Shown: in pieces, positions 48,772 through 62,327 of the stretch
How positions within the stretch are numbered: position 1 is the first letter of the stretch
Layout of the letters: the number at the start of each line of letters is the position of its first letter
Assembly: GCF_021869535.1 (NCBI RefSeq)
Contig: NW_026262690.1
Coordinates: 76,074,001-76,138,000, forward strand
From: Mytilus californianus
Taxonomy: Eukaryota
Direction: 5' to 3'
DNA length: 64,000 nt
Program-made: the position numbers and the translations under genes
The notes under the pieces: model-generated
Told to the model about the DNA's origin: nothing
Seen by the model: the letters and a program-made list of their open reading frames with translations, nothing else
Databases searched by the model: none

Positions 48772-50003
48772 TAGGGTTAAAAAATAGAACATACAGAATT
48801 TCACAAAATCTGGTTTATCTCAGAGATTTTAAAGAATTTAACTCAAATATGAAGTTTTATAAATATTTCATGAAGATTGAGAAAATCCTGAGCCTTAACT
48901 ATGATGACTCAGCATAAATTCACAGTTTACAGTATGCATGGTTTACTTAAAGCCCTGAATTCAAAATAAATTCATAATATATGCCTATTTGTGATTTAAA
49001 TTGTTTAGAAGTGCTTATATTTACTCTTCGCAGTCATTGCAACTCATTGATCCTTCCTAAATAATTTTGTTGGGTTATTTTTGTCCTGTCGATAACCCAA
49101 AAGTAAGCCGTAACACCTAAATGTGTTTTTTAGTGACCGCGGCATTAAAAAGTACAAGCTAGAATTACAAAAAGACCTCAATAAAACTTACAATAGTGTG
49201 TTCTATCCTAAATATATACTAAATACTCCACATTGCTAGAAACAGGGAAAATATTTAGGAAATATGAGGCCCCAGGGGGCAAAAAACAGAAAAAAAAATG
49301 CCTACTCTGGGTCATAAAACAGATAATTTACCTTGTAAATGCTATGATTTTATTATTTTCAAGGTCTTTTGTAAACAAAACAATAACTGTGCTGGAAAGT
49401 TATGCAAAAAAAAAAGATGTAAGCAGTCATTTCTATCAAACTTTTAGTGAATTTATGCACCAGACTGATATCTTCTTAAATACAATTTTGCAAATATGGC
49501 TTTGTTTAGACACTTCTAGTTCATACATTAACTAACTTATGTAAGTTATATGGTTATAGATGATACTTTTGTGACAAGAATTCTTAACTGACCATTTGAG
49601 ACAGAAATTGTGAACTTTCATTGACAAATAGGCATACAGTAAGATGTGGACTGGAGACACAGGCAGGATTAGATACTTTGTGTAATCTTGACTTTTGGAA
49701 TGATTAACTACTAAACAATACATTTATAGTATTCTAAAATGCTTTCAATTTGTTATCAGAATAGTTTCAAACAGGTTTTACACATTTCATGTCAGAAAAC
49801 ATGCACATAGGGTAGGCTGGCAATGATTAAAGTCTTGTTTTCAAATTCTTTAAAAAACTGAAATAGGGGTAGGGGTATAAAATGTACTGTAAAAGGAAAC
49901 TTAGAGTATATGCAGTGATTTCCTTAAGGCTATAATTCTAATAGATAAGTATTGTTGTGAGAAAAAGTGTTTTTAGAAGGTTTTCTATTTGAATAAATGT
50001 TTG

Positions 50004-50459
50004 TATAGGTTGCACTTTGTAAATACAGCTGTTTCTCAAACCACGCCTCTTTTGGGGAGATATATAATATTCATAGATATGTTAATTTGTTACTGTACTG
50101 GTTCCCATTTATGATCTCTGTGTTTCATCTCATAGAGGCATCACTTGGGAATGTAACCAGTATAGAAAGACATGGTAGCGCCTAAATTTTAATTCTTAGG
50201 AGGTCCAAATATGAAGGTAAGGGTAGTATAGAATTTTAGTATAAGTTTAAACTCTTAGAAGTTCAGGGCATATAAATGTTGAAAATATGCCGCACAGCCC
50301 TATATTTTGACCTTTGAATAAAATAGTAGTGCATATAAACTTTCCGTTCTGGGATATTATTTTTCACGAAACTTCATTGTAAAAGTGTCACAGTTTTAGC
50401 CGCAAAGGGAGTTCCTATGGGAAATTGCATTGTCTATATTTACAGAATTGCAACCTATA
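50004..50459. mobile_element. 456-bp MITE, copy 2 (near-identical, same orientation)
   Basis: Only a handful of differences from 48316-48771. Confidence 0.8.
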
Positions 50460-50739
50460 GATGCTACATAAAGTACATCTGAAAGTTATACCTGACTTAG
50501 TTATTATTTCAACCTTATACCAACTCAAAGGATCCATGCAAATTATGTTCGATCAAGCCTCTTATTCTAATTAATCTTAAGGGGCGAAATCGTTACAATA
50601 TACAACTAAAATGTCCAAACAAATGCAAAATTGGCACATAAGAAAAATAGTTGTTCTAATGAAACAGCATGGGAAGAAAAACATATTTGTAACGCAAAAT
50701 TTCCCCCTACAGGAGAGATGAAAAGGGCATGGAAAGAAA

Positions 50740-51120
50740 TTGATTGATTGGCAAATATTTCATGCTTGTTCGGGACGAGAACTTTTAAATAAATTCAATA
50801 GGCAGCTATTGTAATAGAGGCTGTCCTGGATGGAGGTCGTGGAAATTTGAACTGCCACTCGCAAATGAAGATATATTGGATATTGCAACAGACCACCCAC
50901 GGACCCCTAAACAGTTTTTAAATGGTTCTTACCGTACATAGAGCGTGACACTCTCTCTCTCTCGCTACACGAAGCATCGGGTTTAACGTCTTCATTGTAT
51001 ATTTAATATATATCCCACTTAGCTAAACAGACGCCACACTTTGGCAAGGGTTTTACTTTCCATCAAAACTTGACAAAAATGACTGTATTTCTATTCCCCA
51101 GTCACCCTTGGAGATGGAAG
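50740..51120 (-). mobile_element. Possible degenerate SINE (Deu/Nin-like domain)
   Basis: Minus-strand GTTAAACCCGATG..CGTGT..GTACGGTAAGAACC loosely resembles the Deu/Nin central domain; (AATC)n-like end. Confidence 0.33.
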
Positions 51121-51940
51121 GAAATAACAGATATATAACAATATAATAAGTACAGAAATACCATTAGGAGAGATTCGTAAGAGATCAGAAATGATCGGGA
51201 CAACTTATGCAAGGAGTGATAATGTAAAATATCAAAATATTTCGAAATCATACACTAACATTTTTTTATAACAAACAAGACTTCAGTCACACGAACAGTC
51301 GCTAAATGGATACCCAACACTATCTTGCAGCATTCCTTTCGCTTGATAATGGTACATGTTAGAATAATCTTAATCTTAAAAAGTTCCAAATCATCGGATT
51401 TATCAAACAGATTTGTCCCATCTATAAGGCATCGACCATTCATCTTTCATGGTGTTGTTGGATGGAGGGGCATGATTATTTTTTTTAGAGACAACTAATA
51501 ATTTTTAACTCTAACAATACATGATCAAGATTTAAAAAAAAACTATTTCGATTCAAAATAAACTTTTTTGATACTTCCCTTTTAAAACATAAAAAGGGGG
51601 TAGGGTTAATTTTCTATGAATTCATGTAAATTTGAAATTTGCAATATATTCGTTAACAGCAATATATCCCTGAATTAAGGAAATATGAAAAATAATTGAA
51701 TACGGTTCAGGTATCAAGAGTATGTTATATAGACTTCGAATTCCCGAATGGAGAAGGTCTTAAAAATTTTCTGATTTTGTCCCAGTTAGTAGAATAAATA
51801 CATGGGAAATTTGCTCTATATATTTAGAATAAAAATATATAATTGAAAATTAAACCGATGTCCCCTTTCCCTATAAAACAGGATTTTGCATGCCCATGTT
51901 TTGTACTAAAAATCGATACGCAGGCGGTGCGTTTTGTATT

Positions 51941-52133
51941 AGATACAATACAAAGGTAACAAAGAAACAGGCCGGTAACAACCGTTGCCGGGTAGTTTTT
52001 TTGCACGAGTAGTCAGGTGGAAGTCCGAGGCGATAGCCGAAGACCTTGACCTGTCTACAAGTGCAGAAAAACTATACGGCAGTTTTTTCCGGCCTGTTTT
52101 TTTTTTTTTTTTTGTTACCTTTGTCTTGTATCT
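51941..52133. repeat. ~190-bp hairpin centred on CCGAGGCGATAGCCGAAG
   Basis: AGATACAATACAAAGGTAACAAA..CAGGCCGG pairs with CCGGCCTG..TTTGTTACCTTTGTCTTGTATCT. Confidence 0.75.
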
Positions 52134-53054
52134 GACTTGTACGACGTTTCAAGAAAGAAGTAGTACATTTTGCATTTAGAAGAGGTAGCAAACTTAAACA
52201 GATTAAAAATTTTAATGGCCATATACCAGTTAATGTAAGTTACATTTTAAACAAACTTTTTTTCACTTCCCTTCAGCCGAGATTTTTTTTCTCAAGAAAT
52301 TCTAGAATTTAAAAATTTTATAAAAAAAACCCGTGTCAAGTAAAAGATGAATGTCGTACACATTTGAGACTTTTTAAAATGCAACATCGCAAGTAAGTAA
52401 TGTATGAAAAAGATTTCAGAGGTAAGCCAGCTAACATTTGATTTTTATTTGGGGAAAAACGGAAAGGGGGGAATAAATTTAAAATAAACAGGCTTAATTC
52501 TTTTTTGTTGAAAAAATACAGGATGTGCCATTCCATTCCCCAATTCACCCTTAAAAAATAATAAAAATCGTACGTTTTCTCCCAAATATATGAAATTCAA
52601 TATATATTAATTCAATAACAATATAAATGTGTAAAAAGAATGAATTTCTTATTTCAAAAAATGGATTTTGTCTTGTAATTAGATATATATAGGCATATAT
52701 TTTGGATTTTAAAAAAAAATCATGCTTATAGGTTTTTATATGTCTCTAATAGTGTTGATCAGAATTAAACACGTCTCACAATATGATCCAATCGCAGCTT
52801 ACCGTCCAAAATTGGTGACACAAGTTGAATGATTTTCTTCAAGATTTGCTGCCTATTTGAACATGTATTTATTTAGACGGACACTTTTTGTCTATAGGAT
52901 CAATCGTGCATTGGTGAGTTGATAGGGATTTTATCTTGATTAGATTTGATTTTATTTTTATATATTTCCTGTCTTTTTTATTGAAATATAAACGTCGGTA
53001 CCAGCATTTCTTTACTTTCAGCATTGTCCAGAATACTATGCATGTCCATATATT

Positions 53055-53308
53055 GACCATTCAGCTTCAAAAGGGGGTATGTTTTTTTCTGAGTAAGAAA
53101 ATTATTTAGTTATTCAACACTATCACCCAAATATTTTTTTTTTTCAAAATTGGCACTATTATATACGGTATTCGGAAAAACAGGAATCAGAACATTATTT
53201 TGTAATCTGCTTGACCACAATATATTTTTCACATAAAATTGGGGAACAGAATATTTTTGAAAGAAAAAACCATAACCCCCCTTTTGAAGTTAAATGGTCA
53301 ATCCCTTA
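53055..53308. mobile_element. MITE
   Basis: Inverted GACCATTCAGCTTCAAAAGGGGG / CCCCCTTTTGAAGTTAAATGGTC. Confidence 0.55.
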
Positions 53309-54349
53309 GTGTACTGATATGAATAGTAATATACTTGAATTGTTTGAAAACAAATAGTTATTGATGCCAACGTAAATATTTTAATACAAAAAGACAGGAA
53401 ACATGTCGGTGAAACAAAAAGTTCAAATTGTAATTTAAAGTGCCCATGAACTCACTGATCATGCACGAGTGATTCTATTCATAAAAAGTGTCTGTGTTAC
53501 AACTTAAAAGTGTCCGTGTATCATCTTAAAAGTGTCCGTGTTCCACCCGTTAATGTACTGTTTTTCTATAGCTCTGCTGGGGGCAAAGTCGTACAAAACA
53601 ATATAACGTTCAATGTTATTTGTGTAAGCATGCACGAACAGAGGAATCAAAAGAAGAATAAAAGCATGAATTCCATGCGTGTAAAAGTTGTAAGTAGTTT
53701 TCGAAATGCAAAATAGCGAGATTGAGTCATAAGGATAGAAAGAAATTATATAACTACCCTCGGATATCTCTTGAATTTGTTGATTATACGTAATATTAAG
53801 AAAATGAAAATGGTCTTTAATTTCTAACAATAAACAAACGAAATATTACAGATATAATTATTAATAGATGAATGGTAGCTACTCTATCTATTTTCTGCAA
53901 AACCGCATACTTTAAACTGATTTTTTTTTCTATTTTTTGAAAATTTAAGGTAGCTCTATAGGTACCTTACACTTAAGTATAATCTTAGGCGTTTTCTCAG
54001 TTTAAGATGTTTTATGTATACCACTTAGGTAAAAAGGGCGGAGTTTCCTTAACTTAATCGTTTACTAAGGAAAATCTTAACTTGAGTAGCTTTATTCATA
54101 CGGGCCCTGATTTACAACTTGTTAAATAATGTATGTTGGAGTCTTAACATTCTACATATAACATAATTTTTATATGTTAAATTAGATGCTTTCATCGAGA
54201 TCCAAATGCATACAAAATTACACAAAAATCAAAAATCAAAAATTCAAGTCGAAAACGTTTACTGTATTGTGACATCAAATGAATTGACCCTGCCTTGCGC
54301 CCACTCGCGATCAATTGTGACTCGCAACTAATAATTAACAGTACGAATA

Positions 54350-54565
54350 TGATGCGACTGTCATACAAGTGAGAGGTTTAGCTAGCTATAAAACCAGGTT
54401 CAATCCACCATTTTCTACATAAGAAAATGCCTGTACCAAGTCAGGAATATGACAGTTGTTATCCATTCGTTTGATGTGTTTGTTTTTTTGATTTTGCCAT
54501 TTGATTGGGGACTTTCCTTTTTGAATTTTCCTCGGAGTTCAGTATTTTTGTGATTTTACTTTTTA
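54350..54565 (+). repeat. Short copy of the 3' region of the Penelope-like element at 57322-58478
   Basis: ATGCGACTGTCATACAAGTGAGAGG..CCTGTACCAAGTCAGGAATATGACAG matches 58265-58478; further copies on - at ~56010-56095 and ~62530-62810. Confidence 0.8.
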
Positions 54566-54989
54566 TGAATAAAACCCGATAATTGATACCGTTTGAATTA
54601 TCGCTTTGGCTGCACTTCACTTGAGAAGAGAACCATCTAGCTGTACACTATGAATACTATAGTATGCAGTTTAGGAATGTTGATATAATGCATATACTTC
54701 TCGATTTATTTTTTTTATTATTTAGATTTTTTTTGTTTTTTTGTTATGCTTATTTAAAAGCTTTTCTTGGCTCACGATTTCTTATATTACCTTAGCGCTT
54801 AGCACATTTATTGTTCTCCTATTCTTCAACCTTGTCCAACTTAAGGGTCAAATAATAAAATGTGCAATGCACTAAGTAAAAATTTTATGATAATATCTGT
54901 AGTTAAGAAATTTTTCTGTTAGATTTTTATTTCAAATAGCTTACTTTTTAGTTGTATATACCATAGCTTTAAAAAAAAAATCTACATAC

Positions 54990-55179
54990 CTTTAAACTTT
55001 GTGTTATTTAAGATTTCAATTTTATTTTCCAAAGTTTTGATCATATTTTCCATGGTTTCTATGCGATCATTCTGTGTTTCATCTACTGTTGAGTTCTGGT
55101 TTTGAATCGACGTCGAAGAGCACATCACTGCAATGAAGACTAGAAAACACAATACTAACATACATGTTCTTAGAGCCAT
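54990..55179 (-). CDS. Signal-peptide plus short coiled-coil exon, probable first coding exon of a C1qDC gene
   Basis: MALRTCMLVLCFLVFIAVMCSS (hydrophobic) ..IETMENMIKTLENKIEILN; donor AAAG|GTATGT, phase 1. Confidence 0.65.
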
Positions 55180-55656
55180 AGTTACAGGATAAACAGATTT
55201 TATATTTTGAAGACAGATTTCAATGACAGCTTTTAAAATATGGTGTCAGTAGATAATTTTGGGGAATCTAAATATCTCATATCAGATACCATCACGGTTC
55301 AGCTACAAAATAAAAGATAGAACGGATAAAAATTGTGTTTGTTTGTCAATAGGTGTAGGGTTATCAATAATTTCCGGTCTTCTTTTTTGTAGTCTTTCAA
55401 ATCGTTTCTATCATATTAACCAATTAAGTTTGTTTTTTTAAATAGATTTGTAAGGATCATCTATTTTTGCATGGCTTTAGACTTTCCTTGTGATGAAATC
55501 AGTTTTGGTATGCTGTAAACAGGTTTCCCACGACTCGTTTATTACAACTACTTCAAAGAGCACTTTAGTAGTTTACACTTTTTGATTAAACAGCATGGTC
55601 CCAGATGGATTTGAAATAAACAGGAAGAAAACACATTACCACGGGATGAAGTTCTT

Positions 55657-55780
55657 GACTTTGGAAGACACAACTACTTTGATGGCATTAAACACTATCC
55701 ATATTGGCTCAATAGAAATTCTCGACTTTGGAAGACACAACTACTTTGATGGCATTAAACACTATCCATATTGGCTCAAT
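55657..55780. repeat. 57-bp direct repeat with 67-bp period
   Basis: GACTTTGGAAGACAC..TATTGGCTCAAT at 55657 and 55724. Confidence 0.9.
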
Positions 55781-57321
55781 CGGTGGAATAACGAAAGTTA
55801 CAATAATGATTTAAAAAAAACGACTTAACACAATACATTGCTATTGGAGACGATATCGACAAAGCTACATGAAAAACATCGTTACCGTTGATTTCATAAA
55901 AATGATTGGACAATGTATATATTTTAAGACAGGCAAATCGAAAGACAATATTTAAATTATAAACGTACATAATTTTAAGTTGGCCAACTTTGAATTATTC
56001 CTCTTTGCATAAATATTTTAGATACTCTAATAAAAAGTAAAATAAAAAAAATACCGAACTCCAAGGAAAATTCAAAACGTAAAGTCCATTATCAAAATGC
56101 AAAATTAAAAGCAAAATGATAATACATCTTTAAATCTTAGTATTCTACTGTTCATATTGTCACGACTCAGGGATTTTATTATCATTAAAAATACCAGAAA
56201 CGAAAGATTGCAAAACATAATTCATCAAAGTAAAAGGATCATCATTTGTTTTCCTCAATATATACCTACATAAACATGGTCCATATTTTTGTGAATATTC
56301 ATCACAAAGATGGACTTTTGGGGATTTGGATTATTTAATAACATTATAACAATGTTTGTTTTACCTCGTATTCAAGGTTATAACGTCTTTTTCATCCTTT
56401 TTTAACTTTATATTTCTATCGAGCTGCAAAATCCCAGCTCACAACGTCATATACGTCTAAACAAGTGGCAACTTTACGACAGACAGTCTCCATCGGAGAC
56501 CCCATGGTTATGTAATATAGATAAACTGTTAATTGAGGGTAAAAAAAGTATAAACTAGTATATATAGGAATTAATGTAATGCAATATACACAAATTATTT
56601 TCTATCGTGCTACAAATTTCCAGATCACAACTGCAAAAAAAAAATCATGAGAAGTAGGAATTATTGGAATTCTCAATGCTTGAAAAGTGTACGTATGTCG
56701 TTCCATAAGTGTTTATTGATGTGTTTGGTTTTATTTACGTCTTTTTATGAAGAAGTGCTTCGTATGTATTGCTTAAAACAAATTAAGTCAAAATAAAAAA
56801 TGAAATACACAGTGATTTCCGTGTACCTCCGCTGTATAAAAGATACGTTTTATGTTGATTTGAGTCATCAGATTCAATATTATATTATATTATAATATAT
56901 TTTAAAGATACAATGCCATGCCAATGACACGTGAATAGATCTCGAAGACAACAAGGCTGCAACTTAACAATCTGAGACCCAGAGAAAAAGAAAAGGAGGA
57001 AATAAGCAACAGAAGGTATTATCAAAACAAAGACAAAATTACAAAACGGAGAACAGTAAAAATGAGTCTTCCTATGATATAATATTATTTCATGGTCTTT
57101 CGTGTACTGACATTGTTGTCTCAATTACATCCATCCAATATTAATATTATTGTCCAACATGCTCAATATAAAACATAGAAATCGTACGAAAATTGGACAA
57201 TACGAATCGTGTATATTCTCGCGTGCCCAGCAGGACTTAAGCGTTTTTACAACTAGTACCGCCCATTTCATATAGTTTTTCTGACAGAAAAATTTGTACA
57301 AGTGATCAGTATGCAAGAGTT

Positions 57322-58478
57322 TCTTATTGACAACATATTTGTTGAATTTGGAAGAAAAGTTTTTTTTAACAAATTGTCGGTATTCCTATAGGAACGAACT
57401 GTGCGCCTCTCATTGACGACCTCTTCTTATTTTTATATGAGTCTGAGTTCCTTCAGACACTTGTCTAAAACAAGAAGTTCAATTTCACGTTCAGATATAT
57501 TGATGATGTTCTTTCCATTAACAATCCAAACTTTTCTGATTGGGTTCCATTAATATATCCTCCAGAACTAGAAATTAAAGAAACCACAGACACGGCTACA
57601 TTTGCCGCATTTTTAAACTTATACCACAAATTTGACATAAGCAGTCAACTTCACCTGCATATGGGATATAAATTTCCCAACTCATTCGGTATTCAAGAGC
57701 TTGCAGCTGCTACTGAGACTTTATAAAACGTCACCAGTCTTTGGGCAGAAAGTTTATAAACCAGGGTTATGTCAAAGAACGCCTCGTCCTTTTTCTAAAA
57801 ACGTTCATCGGAAGATACCAAGACCTTGTTGATTAATATTCCGTATCAACTTCACAAATAATTCATGATGGTCTTGAAGTATAGGTTCTAGGTACTGACG
57901 TTGTTCATCATCTTAATTACGTGTTTTAGTGTTCTTTGTATGTGTCTTTGTATATTGTTAACCTTTACTGTTTAGTCCATGTTTGGTAATATCCTTTTGG
58001 CGTGGCTCGGTATTTATACAGCCATTGTGTTATTGTGCTATGGTCAATTTTTGTACTCTTGTCTTCAATTTTGCTTATGTGCTTTGCCTATAGTGTGTCT
58101 ATATGCCATTTTGTTTTTCTTTGTTGAAATAGTTATTTGTTTTATAGTGATTAATATTATAACACAAAATTGAATGTTGACTGCCGTACCCTAATTTTTG
58201 TCATTTTACCTAATATTATGTCTCTTTGTTTTGCTCACACATTGTTGTCAATATAATGGAGTTTTATGCGACTGTCATACAAGTGAGAGGTTTAACTAGA
58301 TATAACACCAGGTTCAATCCACCATTTTCTACATAAGGAAATGCCTGTACCAAGTCAGGAATATGACAGTTGTTTTCCATTCGTTTGGTGTGTTTGAGCT
58401 TTTGATTTTGCCATTTGATAAAGGACTTTCCGTATTGAATTTTCCTTAGAGTTCGGTATTTTTGATATTTTACTTTTT
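57322..58478 (+). mobile_element. Penelope-like element (second lineage), RT C-terminal fragment and 3' region
   Basis: FLIDNIFVEFG..GIPIGTNCAPLI.DLFL..YESEF..FRYIDDVLSINNP..IYPPELEIKETT. Confidence 0.87.
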
Positions 58479-58895
58479 TTTTAAACAGTTTTTAAGGCGA
58501 AATAGAGGGGAATCTGATTATGACCAACCATTTCATGATGAATAATAGAAATTATTATACCTCAGTATGTTTTTTCTATATAAAACAGAATAAAATATCT
58601 TTGCTATTTCATTCCACAGACTATTTGCCAGTCAATAGTTTCAAAGACTATTATCCCGTGAAATCCTTAGTATCTCTTTTTCAGAAAAAATGATAAAGGT
58701 TTTTGACTTGTCAAATCAATAATCAGTAATTTAAAAGCTGATTAATTCTATTATTTTCAAGTCTATAAGGTTCGCCTTAAATCAATAGAGTACTTGAAAC
58801 TTAAAAAAAAAAGAGAATTGGAAAAGGAAAAAACTTTATTTAAGTTTAGACTTCAGATGTATTTCAACGTACTCCGCTGAATTTCTGTTAGATGA

Positions 58896-59282
58896 TTAGT
58901 TAGTGATGAGATAGTCAGCAAAATGAGCAGAAGCTTTCCCTGTATATTGTTTGATCACCTTGTCTTGCATCGTGGACCATTTCAACAACATCTCCTTTTC
59001 CAAATTCAATGACAGCGTTCACTGAACCCATTTCAGCTCCTCCTCGTGCATCATGACCAAACCCAATTACATTCTTATTTTTCATCATGAAACTATGCAA
59101 GTCCTTGGTGTGCAATGACATCAAAGTTGCAGTGAAATAATAAAGTCATTTTACTGGAGCTGTAAATGTACCATCAATGTTGTTATAACCATAGCCTAGA
59201 GTGGTGTACATTTTATCATTTACCACTGTTTTTACACCATTTAGTAGTTGATTTTTTGTTAAAGTTTCATAGAAAGCCACAT
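58896..59282 (-). pseudogene. C1q globular-domain pseudoexon
   Basis: VAFY..GYGYNNIDGTFTAPVK*LYYFTAT..GSVNAVIEFGKGDVV; TGA at the conserved Gly (59146-59148) and a 1-bp frameshift before FADYLI; acceptor TTACAG|AT. Confidence 0.88.
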
Positions 59283-61377
59283 CTGTAAATTAATTATAAT
59301 GAGATCAAAATTTGTGTAGACATAGGAAGTTAAAGTAATGTTTAAAACGGACTATAAATGGTTTTCAAGGGTTACTATCAACATCAAAACGGTCTGTTTG
59401 ATATAAATTTTTCACAAATATCCTATACTGTTATTTTTTCATACTATAGAATTACATCGTTATAAATGGGTAAGCGCCATATTGCATATTGTGATTATGG
59501 CAAATAAATATTTTCAATAATTTGCAACAATAGCAATTTCGTTGTAAACAAAAAAGCAGGAAATTCAGTACATTTGTCAAGTTGTGCGAAGTGTTTATTT
59601 CATCGGAAACCCGACGTATTTCGAATGTATGTAACCATTTTTTTTTTTTGCAAAACAGTGACAAATTGTGTATCAAGCTCTGGAACATCAGAACTATTCA
59701 ATGCAGAATAGTGAAATGAAATATGAGAAATGCTGCATGTTTAACGGCAATAAAATTGTTTCAATAAAGATACATGTATTTCCTTACTAAAATGATAATT
59801 TTTGATATGTTGTTTTTCTATATTTGTATTATATTTTTACTTGGTATTGTTTTGCCTCTTGTAAGTTTTTTTCAATACACTAATACTTTTCATCCTTAGG
59901 TTAGAAAGACAGATTAAATAACTATAGTATAATATAATTTTGACCCCAAAGTTTTTTTTACATCGGAGGTCATTATCTATCAGCGAAACAAAAAAAACGT
60001 CCCGTGACAGCCTCTTTCAAATTAAATTTTGGTAAACAAATACGGACTAGAGTGTTCGCATTATTTTTTTTTTTTTTTTCATTTCGTGCAAACTAAACTG
60101 AATTGGCTTCAAAATGTAAAATAACTGTACCTATATTATTTTCGGACGAAAAATTCAACATGATGCCATAACTTATGTAAGGTGGCATATGAATATGGTG
60201 TACTGCAGTCATCTTACAATGTGGCGGACTAAGAGCTACTTATTTATAAAAAGGTCAGTAAAAGAAGACATATACTGCATGTCTAACGACTACGGCGTCA
60301 CCGCAGCTGATATGAACTCTTATTTTTTCACTTGCAAGCAAAAGGTGTAACTACAAAGGACCATGCACAACATGCACAAAAGCAATGGTACCTTATGGAA
60401 ATAAATAAAAGTTTAAGAATATAAATAGTGATTATAAATGACTTTGTCATCAATATTTATCATATTTTTTTACTTTTACATTATAATAAATAAATGTTCG
60501 TGTTAGCATTTGTGGTATGTAGGTATTTTGGTTAGTAAAGTTTGGTTAAAGTAGTGTGCCATGACGAGAAACGCCTCCCCGTGGTTGGCCTTGACGTCAC
60601 GGAATGTTTCGTATGCGTTTTCGAAAAATTACTTATATGGTCTATATACTCATATGATCCGACCATACGCGTATGGTCGAACCATGTGAATATACGGATA
60701 CTGTCATGGTCATACGCGCACGGTTCAAATACTCATATATATATATATATTACTGGTAGACATATTTTTACATTCGGAAAGCAAAGATGCTAGATGACTA
60801 TTATACGTAATGTAGATATGTGATTTACTTACATGTACTTTTGGCTAGGATCATAGCAGTCAAACCAAAACATACCATAACAAATCGACAACTCTGGAAT
60901 ATGTTCATATTGAAAGTACAGAGAAGTGAAAGACTAAATCGAAATACTTAACGGATAAATATCATGTATATAATATTGATGTGTTGAACATGTGTTAGGT
61001 CATATTACATTTTAATGACTTGCACATGTTTGGAGGACTTTGTTACCGTAGTAGGATAGAAATGGTTTCAACTCATATACTTTGATTTTGCATAGTAATG
61101 GAAAAATGTATAACCAAAGCCAAAAGAATAATTAAAGTAATAAGGAACGACCAACAAAACTAGTAACGGTAGTTACCCTAAAACAGGCCATGGTAAACTA
61201 TATTAATTGAAAATCCACGAATCTTTATTGGACAAAACAATAAAAAAAAGTACTATTGGTTTATAGTAAGCTATTGTTTATCCAAAGTTGTTTTACGAAT
61301 ATATAAATCAATTGAAAGAGAAGTCAAGAGATCTGAAGGGAAATAAAAACTATGTAAATGGACAAAAATCATTGGTT

Positions 61378-61775
61378 AATATAAAAATAAGAAGATGTGG
61401 TATAATTGCAAACGAGACAACTCTCCACAAGAGACCAAATGACACAGAAATTAACAACTATAGGTCACCGTTCGGCCTTCAACAATGAGCAAAACCCATA
61501 CCGCATAGTCCGCTATAAAAGGCCCCGAAATGACAAATGTAAAACAGTTCAAACGAAAAAACTAACGGCCTAATTTATGTACAAAATAATGAACGAAAAA
61601 ACAAATATGATACACAGAAACAAACAACAACCACTGCATTACAGGCTCCTGACTTGGGACAGGCACATACCGACTCGGTGGCGGGGTTAAACATGTTAGC
61701 GGGCACCGAACCCTCTCCCTAACCTGAGACAGTGGTGTAACAGTACAACATAAGAACAAACTTTAAAAATCAGTT
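61378..61775 (-). repeat. Interspersed repeat, homologous to 7465-8310
   Basis: AATAAGAAGATGTGGTATAATTGC..ACAGGCTCCTGACTTGGGACAGG. Confidence 0.72.
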
Positions 61776-62286
61776 AAAAAGGGTCAACTCATCAGATGGA
61801 TACAAACAGAAATACATGTAACAAAAAAAAGAGTGGACGTGGCAGGGTACTTATACATCCCCACAACAAAAAGACACTAATTACAGATCTGAGAGTACTC
61901 GCAGTTACTGACAACTAAAAGCCTATAACAATTAATAAAATATTCATGCATCTAAGACTAAAATATCAATCAGTACACATCCAACATCCAATGAATTTAG
62001 TGTAAAGACGTCATTAACAGTCTTGTGCAATGCCAAGATACAGGTATCGACAGATTGTAGAGCCATGAATGTGCATATGTATATAAAATAATATTCAGTT
62101 TGATTTTAAGTACATATGAATATGTGAAGACAAAACTAGTTTTGTGAGTATTAACCACTCTCCGGCAGTAATCAGTCCAAAAGAAGTAAATACAATGATA
62201 CACACCATAATTATACTTTAACAGAGGCAAACAAAATATAGCATATGCCAAAACACATAATTAACAGCGCCTGCTGATGATTCGTA

Positions 62287-62327
62287 GCCTGACCGGTTTC
62301 GGTCCTTTACGAACCTTCTTCAGAGGC
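62287..62327 (-). ncRNA. Minimal type I hammerhead ribozyme, second family
   Basis: GCCT-CTGAAGA-A-GGTTC(GTAAA)GGACC-GAAA-C(CG)G-TC/AGGC. Confidence 0.65.

Noticed and set aside
55595-55828. Protein-like frame EVLDFGRHNYFDGIKHYPYWLNR
   Set aside because: Short, broken by the 67-bp duplication, and no family recognised.
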